Assembly (NCBI GenBank): GCA_000004985.1
Contig: GG738914.1
DNA length: 64,000 bases
Source: Naegleria gruberi
Taxonomy: Eukaryota
Direction: 5' to 3' (one strand)
The position numbers and the translations under genes are program-made. The notes under the pieces were generated by a model. That model searched no databases, was not told where the DNA came from, and worked only from the letters and a program-made list of their open reading frames with translations. This document shows, piece after piece, positions 21,701 through 27,669 of this stretch (its first letter is position 1; each line of letters begins with the position of its first letter).

Positions 21701-21747
21701 TTATTTACTTGATACGCGAATGGTGCACCTTGCTCCAAATGATTACC
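9703..21747 (-). CDS. exon 3 of 3 (4,014 codons) of a giant (~4,490 aa) membrane protein. It carries the C-half of a laminin-G/pentraxin-like domain, EGF-like Cys repeats, a very long Ser/Thr-rich beta-rich region, a Cys-rich ephrin-receptor/furin-like module, a C-terminal multi-pass TM domain (about 8-10 helices) and an acidic cytoplasmic tail.
   Basis: Single uninterrupted 12-kb frame. The N-terminal part of this exon (…WRHVAVSW…LYIDGTL…IDEFVIFDRVLTDNEI) matches the LamG/ConA-like jelly-roll fold. Many C-x-C-x-G-(Y/F) EGF-like units follow. Then CQECKPGFYKPINDSNACIPCDFNTYSS…, then hydrophobic helices (…LIGFGILMLVVVLIFLLI…, …WIAMLPLAIIYFVVFGLGSILFFLSLYIY…, …IASIVIVVSIVLVLGMLIY…). The track ORF starts at a TTG three codons inside the exon. 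Confidence 0.8.
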   Translation of the reverse strand, partial: GNHLEQGAPFAYQVNNTYFGFVLTDYRSLKVSINEPHVLRYLFTASNSWDTTVNINSKTWRHVAVSWSSDSGLLKLYIDGTLKDFKLDYKKGQKIPPNGTLTIGNLRSPGSGNVTFFLDKVTGAIDEFVIFDRVLTDNEIGILATPSTFCFGVSGKNSSVCSGRGSCVSFDTCSCTTPHSYGTNCEFCDTGYGGSTCKRMCGGLPFDDPLVCNGRGSCNEPEKCTCQYGYKFGGNYCQDVYCHGMINGCVNGNCTVVPGTEKLPGDNLCVCNPNFYNDPADNACKFTTCNGILSIDGTVCNLRGNCVAKDVCVCTNTFFGGQFCDQKICYGLLEKDENACSGRGICGDFGYCSCFISGTPVTNDCACLNLRTGRNCELGVPSPSQVTSKFPDNLYAIIDPNNSTLQFTVRSKFDATSVSITTYQNALHCIYRTSSSSVSFKGVFLYASRVTSDTDENVFDITFNCTFSFNSTAMNISNNGNLTLAYKDRQSATFSLFNFTNTYVGDLKLRSDSNIMPSSDSDSVEIKYDLPFSLRSQVYLLLGSSWTALSYYTAYPGYPTRVVAPIPAGLLSNSFGIIKAKILDYSLDFIVLNSDATISYQYPSFTIENTGSSSGLIFSLLIQNVLPSNVSNFQCLATSDGTLNQFSANVQSIQAVSQTSSLVTCGNINATDAGSYVLELKYKGRTASRQNIGTYRVGKSLGFDMISSTNVIGSPFFVTNDVGSSTLSIYLKFKFSGAQYSYSCVSVDGSISSASFNGNSLNCTVSFPPVTSPRQNSVVIRVKESVMTKSIPIYNVVYYHGVKESIITTSPNILQSIAGRVSGQLSVQTTKNNTLEATWNYYCLLNGQFFTATYSPALSTFVCSIDITLNNPVLENGIFYADFGIYVFNGISRIPITSSYLLPIASDSITIDTLDSSGALFVQSTQSFTINNFKLNKAKFNCLAIQSATLKNYEDKILVSTFPIVIDSNCQMTIQYNPSIPYAQGKYSPMLISPSISITYGSMQTDIIAVSTSFYFVTKYLSIAESFPSILDYATDTTDLKYVFLGVTFDATRRTNIQYKCRIGSTLYDSTILSDDMVRCEISSRSTLFTGINSPSERNITLEMTKDTTTSKTFQLDISKTPLKLPFDTIKPTPNYIESTQLPTISFKIISKDSFMSLPSETSFLTYSLRLNFEGTNREIGCNIAKTTYRIVCTITTGTISFSKTIQTITATLYSSFTIAGVNYKEPLTTLSFKIVAYQTVNVDNVYPKVITSDTVSNSPQVYLSFHNSYDSLLGIDWKCLTSKDVNMTLSNAPFTKGQTISTPDFLLCDLDPMISSKVNAGVVQFASFFNVTNLLLDSAPLQVTKLSSEVYYLQKGNVSVTGGSNLFAVSGSFSVPVSFNQTIPYSLIANNLVYCMLSNANGYVLGTITVAQKTSINCAFIPNSNIYGKLTLSINYFENVQAISKTFQSVLSANTDQELTVVPTVNIQSVSMYSVQTSKQFSIVITTAFNTSSNFGEASFGCVWNSVSDQSLNRVFPAKIINEGVFNCTEIEHYSGIYQLSIGLSLQGKPYFSITNTYATINVIGGSFLSPTTALYSGGTTATLYSDFIDQSSVSVSFVDEPTRAFTCSLIAFQTYSCIIPDLRSSSIIKPYYQYNLEIKTVPKVLSLPIVPYSPVDIIQVNPPFVIDTVGVASSVITLFSSSLTLGPNSNLTTVFDNEFNLKLENNIPYNLVQGVTSSSSSFTFSNSGNYRVSVSTKYLLANNFPFTLDITANKGNFQVLKKIPFSIASGQSDILLVNSVSSVSFVLNYGSLVVPSAIVKNNLYCKISTTLYKATVTALSSTVDQITCSITYSQVGSVSADLFYYANGSETSITSSPVTLYFENTYSVATVTPQFTLNTPQTVQVSLNSFGSMENIVYKCAISSASALTAVDAFVVGNVVTCPSLTGSRKTFFDIYAITRAVSVPFKITSNQFALYFETVKTISFTNPYLWTINDQLVNTIPDFQVSVSTIDVVETGIVKCVLTLDGSVVASTFVTKIVGSDILSCVFSTDTAVSKVNKMLELRLGIPDQSSNYQYLTNAKKIPVLPVPTPIANRNNMDMVAASVFNNGTFVIPYDFSPQNLQISVQMKDESVSILSGIDQSSAPYFVAPYVGPVDNLSPPTNYIPKKSVPFVTSFYMNVANKEISQSNTQVETYSLVVYDLLTVQKISPFVLTTSDISIRDYSYITIYLSKYSLNTTYSFNCYVKNDNDGTSYQTSAIIISSTVVKCKLAKTTKSGFSSVQLVIDGTSNFITDIKKILVLDVGFPLSLPYGTVYGGQNVTLTYSNMFDTIKSINHGGNSNWMSQYSFTLLFIDNKKIMTPLQNCQLLTSSGKFLNCLTPNVQSQVSSTSKQYYVVLYIDGFPSMTLISLFTAIKPSAVSSISPSIIDASKTSNSGTLSIAFASTLDSRLVTFAVKYRSSVSQLVVSEGTNGCVKKSATQVDCPLPTILSSNPGFLFVDFSFDDFSSYITLSQTVEIYSWSGSIGSASPATVDVYSATLVSINVLGLPRNTQPKIKLNDNINSKVLDGTYNQNTNQITFTTVPLTYLFGGQLPKRIPFQLSLDNGYSFGDFNLHLDFAVLASISISPTQAISGSAIKVSISGVSVDSPLLPLQVSLRINKQDTWLTSCSISGLDFCLDSAPSTTGTYSVVVYSQQKPIQAGSLTVNVIPMPTFSSISPSLVFSSTPTIKVYGSFSSVLVISQIQGKLQLKSTRRAILGQEIGLSPVSVTSTYVELSNPGNAPSGSYDLLLSFDSGSSFNTVNSLTYSSGGQLTSIDNITPDFVQTNQILTIVPNSLMLHFSQALPCGNTNNLQFTIATSSSFSSLTLSLQNIINFYQGSGLSTSDIFTCVDSSLFILYPPLNNTLPDYSILEFPFATTFTVTFNGIDTFSLPILIKSKYDEPRIINVQPYLLERNIPTSVTIVGENLGAAVGCQFSISNQIVRVAKVLTSVSSEINCEIPSQIITSADTSFYVQLYNSRSEYSNSYNLYIYDRLKVLNVNPKKTWTYDDIPVTLQVEGITQVVNISKLATVEIRAMFGTVISTDVCTVMSENIIMCIAPKREKGLTSISLSVNRREWYSLNGEGFTYAAFKNGSSNTNALQLSSDAKSMFEYVPCMAGYGASSYRDVCQECKPGFYKPINDSNACIPCDFNTYSSSFQAKECISCPVNTLTLQKASTSLTECICQNNYYLNPSPKKLDDYCVKCNEQSMICNAGNNIHPYPKKGYWMGKHDNYTVYSCLPIEACGGFSIENCTVGYISGKCGACDVGYYKFNGFCTKCGDDAIWRLIGFGILMLVVVLIFLLISSIKLSHLASISIALSFFQVVAMFTKYNVKWPVVMEYSYTASSATLFNTDFINPKCIFPDINQLTKWYLTSLFPVYVFVLFVLLYILGILRNVIVSKFGHHVKFEYREPYRYHNDIDEVEYLKKKEEEKKLNKKQRLKRRIIENLNDWKIWFINLFVWLRNFLVWLLKEKMSAKQMKVFFNQLINGYTAFLSFTFAFIISQASDIFYCTPQPDNTCALVSSPDISILDPQWIAMLPLAIIYFVVFGLGSILFFLSLYIYKKHLKLEVRKDLLIHNPDLTKTELDELKWKPKNPVLLQKVKDFDLRFKFIQNRFKKRLFYWEIIITFRKLLLSIFNTFLLPLQTVTFALITVFIAFLLQSQFVPFKTKFHNLLEWVSLVCTELVLFFGLLFLVDDGAWKGNETLRGFCEWIASIVIVVSIVLVLGMLIYDIYVRRKKDRKKERLARRELERKYGKEKAKSLQALYSKLFGNPLTQMTKVVLLEDEEAQEKWNIIENPLCDSYEEFHDDWVVEENPLFIPDDVDAYARMNTSKRKVEFNLTLFESDSDSSDEDNSKNIRDIMEGLVNLRRIKKKIRLAKQKGGKVKRKFTTSKASKITDKLEKQDKEMELSHNLDVEIYNNTLSRLSSRIAMSPRGGRNRNDSTMTDEESSIDSPRSYSAATSYDHYQKREPKPKDIALVTEEIEIEEDEL

Positions 21748-21793
21748 CTATATTATTAAATATAAACAATAAAAGAATTATTGTAAAACATAC

Positions 21794-22830
21794 CTCTGAT
21801 TCAGAAAGCAACCAAAATGCAACAGTGACTTTAGTGGAAGGAAATGGAAAATTGAGTACATCAGCTCTGGAACTCGATTCTGGTCCAAATTCAAGAGCTT
21901 TTCCAGATGCACCTGTGATATAATTCACAGAACCAACAGTATTCACTGCATTACCTCCACACATATCTGAAAATTGATTATTAGCAATATCTGTACTAAT
22001 ATAAAATTTACATCCTCCATACTGTGTTGGTGTTGGATAGGCAATCTCTACATTTTTCAAATGTTGAATAGTATTATTACAAAAAGGTCCATAATATGGT
22101 GAAAAACAAGAACATCCCTCGTTCAATGATAAACATACTCCATTTCCACTACACTCATCGGTTCCACTGCATGTAGCAGTATAAAGCAATAGAACATTCT
22201 TTGGTGTTTGAGATAGAGTTGAATTGATTGTTTGATAATGTAAAGTTGAATTATAACCAAGAGCAAGATAGGATTTATCTCCAGTTTGCTGTCTCAATAA
22301 GTTATATTCCAAACTTCCAACAGGAGGTAACTTGATTGAATTACTGTATCCAATAAATGTATCATAATCTCCACCATTATTACATTTGCTATTATAAATG
22401 GATGAAATTCTGGAAGCTCCAGCAAAATCTACAGAATTTGCCTTTGCAACCTTCTGACAACCATCTGGAGTGGTGTAAAAGTAATCAGCCAAAACCAAGC
22501 CAGAACTAATAAAACTGAAATTCTTTGCATTGACAAACACATCTCTAGCTGACAAGTAACCAGCTGTACTAGCTGTTTGATAATTAGATGATCTAAACAG
22601 TTCACTCGTTGAAATAAAATTGAATGGCTCACTAATGGCCTTTAAATTAGCATCTGTATAGTATGAACCATTGTACGAGCCAAGATAAGGACTCTGATCA
22701 TAGAAACTCAATCTCAAACGAAAGTAAGGTCTCGTTCCAACTGTTCCACAATTAATATCGGACGATGGATAGGAAGGAGGAACTACGAGAGTGGGATTGC
22801 TGAGTGAAAGAACATTCTTCTCATATCGAT
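21794..22830 (-). CDS. exon 2 of 3 of the giant gene (about 345 codons, includes an EGF-like unit and the N-half of the LamG-like domain)
   Basis: A 46-nt intron (21748..21793, GTATGT…ATATAG, phase 0) joins …VTVAFWLLSES to GNHLEQGAPFAYQ… in frame and completes a LamG-like domain. The 5' side is joined to exon 1 by a 111-nt phase-1 intron (22831..22941, GTATGT…CATCAG). There is no ATG near the ORF 5' end. Confidence 0.7.
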
Positions 22831-22941
22831 CTGATGATGAAAATCATAATAAATTAAATATATTAAATTATAATCATAATTAATATTAAATATGTAAAGT
22901 ATTGTTGTTATATGTTAATTAATGTAAATAATAAAACATAC

Positions 22942-23326
22942 ATTTAGTGAGAGCTTCCATACATGTTTCTGGAATCTTATCCTTCAATATATATTGAGCA
23001 TTTACCATTAAAAAGAAGGAAGAAGAAGAATCCGACAATGATAAAACTGATGATGATGAATCTGTTGTTATTGCTGCTTGGAAGAGAGCAATTACCAAAA
23101 CTAACAACATGATCATCAGAAAGGCTAAAATACATGAAGACGAGAAAGAATAGCGAATTTTACCAAGCCTCTTTTGATCATCATTACTTTCATAAACACA
23201 TGTTGTTGATGATAATTTTGATCCGATTATATTGTTATGTTGAAGATGATCATGACGATGAGAAGCCTTTTCATTCTTCTTCTTTTTTAATAATTGTTTG
23301 TCGCTTCTTCTAGCTGTAACGGTCAT
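22942..23326 (-). CDS. exon 1 of 3 of the giant gene: cytoplasmic N-terminus plus signal-anchor helix
   Basis: ATG at 23326 (MTVTARRSDKQLLKKKK…) followed by SCILAFLMIMLLVLVIALFQAAI. The exon ends at an AAAT|GTATGT donor. The frame is continuous into exon 2 with the predicted phase. Confidence 0.55.
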
Positions 23327-23793
23327 AATTTTAGTTTCCAGCAATAGAAGAAGAAGAATTTGGGTGAAAATTGTTGTGAAATAATATTACTAATTGTTAT
23401 TAACTGTTATTGTTTTACGACGTGGGGTAATAACAAGAAGTAATATAATGTGGAGAGTTGATTCTTTGGTTTTTTAATGATGGGAGAAGTGTTGACACTT
23501 GGCAGGTAAGAACTGATCGAGTCATGTTGCAAAAACCCGAACTTTCAAATCTCTAGAAGGCTCATTGCAAAAATTCATCCAACATGTTTTGGTTGCGATC
23601 TTTTTGGACATGATTTTTGACTTTCCAAAAACATCAAAAAAACAAGTTGTTTACAACATGCATAAGAGAATATTACAGTTGAACATTTAATGTTTTAACA
23701 GTTAATGTAGTAATAATCGATTATTTCAACCACTACGTTCATTCTTTTGTAAACTATTTAATAAGTATTAAATATTTAATAATTTAAAAAAAA

Positions 23794-24564
23794 ATGGCGG
23801 GAAGCAAATATTTCATCACCTTCACACTATTGATCGCCTTCCTTTCCATTTGGTTCTTCTACTTGATCCACTATCGTTTGGAGAATTTTTCTCCCCAACC
23901 AAGAAGAGTCATCTACAATGAAGAAGGCTTTTGTGGTTTCGATGGCAAGAATTACAAATCATCCAATCATGATGATCGGAATGATACTACTGATGATCAA
24001 TCTACCACCCACAATAATAGCAATCCTAATAATTTATCATCATCATCAATTTTAAATATTAATATTAATAATAATAATAATACAAAATTAATGATGAAGA
24101 TGATGCACAAGGGACCTTGTGGGATTTGTTCCAATTTACACGACTATGAAGTGTACAATAGAACACGACTCACACTCACAAGAACGGCAACATTATGTGC
24201 TGTTGGATACTTGCTGTTGGGTGAGAGAGTTTCGAGGTATTGTCTTTCGAGTCAGACTGGAATGAGTGAGCTGTGTGTGGAGTGTTGGTTGCAGAATATT
24301 CAGTGCACCACTGCCATGTGTATGCCAGTGTGTGTGAAACATTTTGTGAGGACGTATTGGGAGAGGTTGGCGATGGCTCTTGGATTGGATTCGATTGGAG
24401 AGTATTCAGCACAATTTGGAAAGGATAATTTATCACCTTGTTTCAAGTGTGATGAGATGGAGTGTGGAAATGGATTTAAGAAATGTTCTGGATTGAATAG
24501 AAGAAATGCTGGATTTGAAACTGATATTCCAAGACCAGATGAGCAAATGTGGAAGGGCAATTAA
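23794..24564 (+). CDS. hypothetical membrane-anchored Cys-rich protein (256 aa)
   Basis: aaaaaaaaATG start. N-terminal hydrophobic helix YFITFTLLIAFLSIWFFYLI. A C-terminal region has about 16 Cys (CGICSN…CVECW…CTTAMCMPVC…CFKCDEMECGNGFKKCSG). It sits divergent from the giant gene across a ~470-nt shared upstream region. Confidence 0.6.
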   Translation: MAGSKYFITFTLLIAFLSIWFFYLIHYRLENFSPQPRRVIYNEEGFCGFDGKNYKSSNHDDRNDTTDDQSTTHNNSNPNNLSSSSILNININNNNNTKLMMKMMHKGPCGICSNLHDYEVYNRTRLTLTRTATLCAVGYLLLGERVSRYCLSSQTGMSELCVECWLQNIQCTTAMCMPVCVKHFVRTYWERLAMALGLDSIGEYSAQFGKDNLSPCFKCDEMECGNGFKKCSGLNRRNAGFETDIPRPDEQMWKGN

Positions 24565-24568
24565 ATCT

Positions 24569-25259
24569 CTAATTATTGATTGCATTCGAAAGTTGATTTT
24601 CAGATGTACTTGTTGACAGAGTGATTTCTACTTGATTGGCTACTGTTCTATCTATTGTAGTATTTTTCTGACTGTTCAATAATAGTTGCTTTTCCTTTTG
24701 TTCAACTGAATCCACAATCTTATACGATTCTGAAAAGAGAGGATTGTATAAGAATAGAACCACAACACTAAAAAACAAAATTCCAAAAGAATTCAAGCAA
24801 TAATCAATAGCTTTCAAATCATTTGATACTAGTGAGGTGATAATTCCAACAATTGCAGAAATAATCTGAACAAAAGCACTCAGAATAAGTGATACCAATA
24901 GGACAAGTGTTTTGATGAGTGGTTTTTGAACCATTCTTACAATAAGACTTCTATTCGATTCCTGTTGCAGATTTAGAGATCTAGACCGAATTGTTTTAAT
25001 CACTCTCAATCCATAATATAAGAATAATCCAAGAGAAATTAACACCAATGAAGTGAATATTACAAAAACAGCTACTGAGAGACCTGTTTGCCAATTGCCA
25101 TCCAAGACACCAATAGTATTCAATACTTTGATTGTGGTGAGTCCAACAACTAGAATACTCATAATGACCGAAGTTGCTCCAGATAGTGTAAATGTCACAA
25201 TTCGCGACACTTTGAATAATTGTTTGCTCATAGCTCCAGACAAGTGTACAGTAGTCAAA
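24569..25259 (-). CDS. 7TM membrane protein paralogue A, exon 2 of 2 (TM4-7 + hydrophilic tail)
   Basis: A ~38-39-nt intron (about 25260..25298) gives …QTV-F-LTTVHLSGAMSKQ… Four further helices, a basic loop RSRSLNLQQESNRS, and a conserved …FGILFFSVVVLFLYNPLFSESYK motif. 64% identical to paralogue B exon 2 by eye. Confidence 0.7.
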
Positions 25260-25298
25260 CTTCTTTTTAAATATATTATTAATAATATTTAAACTTAC

Positions 25299-25744
25299 AA
25301 CACTGTTTGGATGAATCCAATAATTATCACCATTGTAATTGCCTGAAATAGGATTAATGAAAATTCTAAAGCACCGAGCACCAACAGTGGAATAATATTT
25401 GGAGGATTTTCTGTCGTATTCCTCAACTCCTTCCTCAATTTTAGGGATTCTCCAAAATATGCAATTCTAAAAATCAATGCCAATAATTGAATAAAGACAA
25501 GAACTCCAGCAAGGGCTAACAACTTTTTCTGATTACTTTTGATATTCTGCTTTCTTCCGAAATAGCAGACGAAAACAATAAGAGCCAATAAGAAGATAAC
25601 GAATAATACAGCAAATATGGATGAAACAGCGATTGAAGCAATACAATTAGTCTGAGTTGGAAGAATGTAGGTTATATTCTTTCCATTAACCAGTGTTCCA
25701 TTGGCTATCACACCTGTTGGCATGTTGACTGAATGAATGGACAT
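25299..25744 (-). CDS. 7TM membrane protein paralogue A, exon 1 of 2 (glycosylatable N-terminus + TM1-3)
   Basis: ATG at 25744. N-x-T sites are followed by three hydrophobic helices. The exon ends …ACAGTGTT|GTAAGT (phase 2), the same position as in paralogue B. Confidence 0.7.
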
Positions 25745-25884
25745 GTGGATATTTGTTTTTATTGAATGTCTGAAAGTGGATTCTCTTGCAATCTCATTGG
25801 GCTTTTAACTTGATGGTATTAAAGACTCAGGCAAGCAATCACTTGTCAATTAATAAGCTACCTTCAAAAGATGTGTCTAAGCAA

Positions 25885-26548
25885 TTAAATATCTACAGTA
25901 CGAGGTGAGTCTGCTGCAGAACTCAAACTGGAGGCTGATTGCACTCTCTCAGCCATTTCATCTCCTAATAAAGATTGCTTCTCCTTCTCCTCTACAGAAT
26001 CGACTACTTTGTACGATTCACTAAATAAAGGATTGTACAAGAACAGAATCACTACACTAAAAAATAGAATTCCAAAAGAGTTTAAGCTGTAATCTATTGC
26101 TTTAAAATCATTAGAGACACTTGATGTGATTATTCCAATAATTGCTGAAAGAATTAATATAAACGTGCTCAATACTAGAGAAATCAACAATGAGACAGTC
26201 TTGATGAGAGGTTTTTGTACTGTTCTAATAATTAAATTTCTATTAGTTTCTTGTCTTAGATTGAGAGATCTTGATTTGATGGTTGTCACTACTTTAAATC
26301 CAAAGAATGACAGCATGCCAAGAGATGTAAAGATGATAATGATGAAAAGAATAAATACTACCACAGTAATGGCAGTTTGATTCACATCTCCATAAATTCC
26401 AAGTGTTGTCAAAACTTTCGAAATGGTCAAAACAATAATGAAAATACCCATTGCAACAGCCGTGAGAATTCCCATGACAATGGTCATCACTCTCACCACC
26501 TTATAAACCTTCTTTGTCATGGCCCCAGATAAATGTACAGTTGTTAAA
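25885..26548 (-). CDS. 7TM membrane protein paralogue B, exon 2 of 2
   Basis: A 43-nt intron (26549..26591) gives …QYV-F-LTTVHLSGAMTKK… The rest is colinear with paralogue A (…RSLNLRQETNRN…FGILFFSVVILFLYNPLFSESYK…). Confidence 0.7.
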
Positions 26549-26591
26549 CTATTGTTTTTAAATTAGTGTAATTGTGTGAAATAAAACCTAC

Positions 26592-27082
26592 AAGACATAT
26601 TGGATAAATGAAATGATAACAACCATGGTGACTGCTTGGAAGAGTGAAAAAGCAAATTCCAAAGCTCCGAACACTACTAGTGATGTTGTCATTGAATCAA
26701 TGACAAATTTCACACCAATAAGAGATGTATATTTTGCTCTGATTGAAAAGGCAATTGCAAAGTAAATAATTCTCAAAATTAAAGCCATTAATTGAACACC
26801 AACTAGAATAGACGAAAGAATGAGTAAAACTTTTTGATTCCTCTTCATAACCTTCTTGGTTTCTGTTCTAACAAAAAAGCCCAGCTGCACAAGTAGAAAG
26901 ATAGCAAAGCAAACAACAAAGAATCCAGAAACTGTCGTTGATGCAATACAGTTTGGGTGAGTTGGCAAGACAGATGTCAGATTCTTATTGAAACCAGAGT
27001 CCGATTCGTTCAGAACAGCAGACTGCAAAGGACTCCACAATGTTGGTAAGCTAGCAAAGTTCAAGTGAATGGTTGTGGGCAT
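26592..27082 (-). CDS. 7TM membrane protein paralogue B, exon 1 of 2
   Basis: First ATG at 27082 (MPTTIHLNFASL…). The ORF in the track starts at a TTG at 27109. Same three-helix layout. The exon ends …TATGTCTT|GTAGGT (phase 2). Confidence 0.7.
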
Positions 27083-27669
27083 AATGTTTTGTTTTTTTGA
27101 ATTGTTCAAAAGTTAAGTAGCATGCTTCGGGATTTTGGGATTTTTGCAACATGACAAGACACATCTTCACTTTTGGAAGAGTAATGTGATTTTATGATGA
27201 AAGGTTCCAAATGAAGAACATTGAATAAAAGAATCTAACAAGTAAGATTTTGCTAAAACAAAGAAAATGAGCCTTTCTTCATCATCATTCCATAATAACC
27301 AAACATTCCTTTCCTCAATTACCTCTTCAAAGCATCATCAGAGATAACCAACCACTCACAATTTATATCAAAAGTTAACCTTATTCAGAGACTTCTCTCG
27401 TTCCCTCAAAAAACCTTTTAAAAAATTAAAAGCAATCCTTCACCATTTTGTGCCTTAATTTTTTTTAAGAAATTGTTGGCGGGTAAAATCATCATCTTTT
27501 CCTTCGGAATTAAGAAAATGCTCGATTAAAAAAAAATCCTTATCATATTCCTTCACCTTTATCGAATTTCCAATGAGATTTGATGCTGGCACTACATGAG
27601 TAATATTTGAAGAAGAATTCTTGTAATGTTGGTGGTGCTTCATCTAGATTTAAATAATATTTAAAAAAA

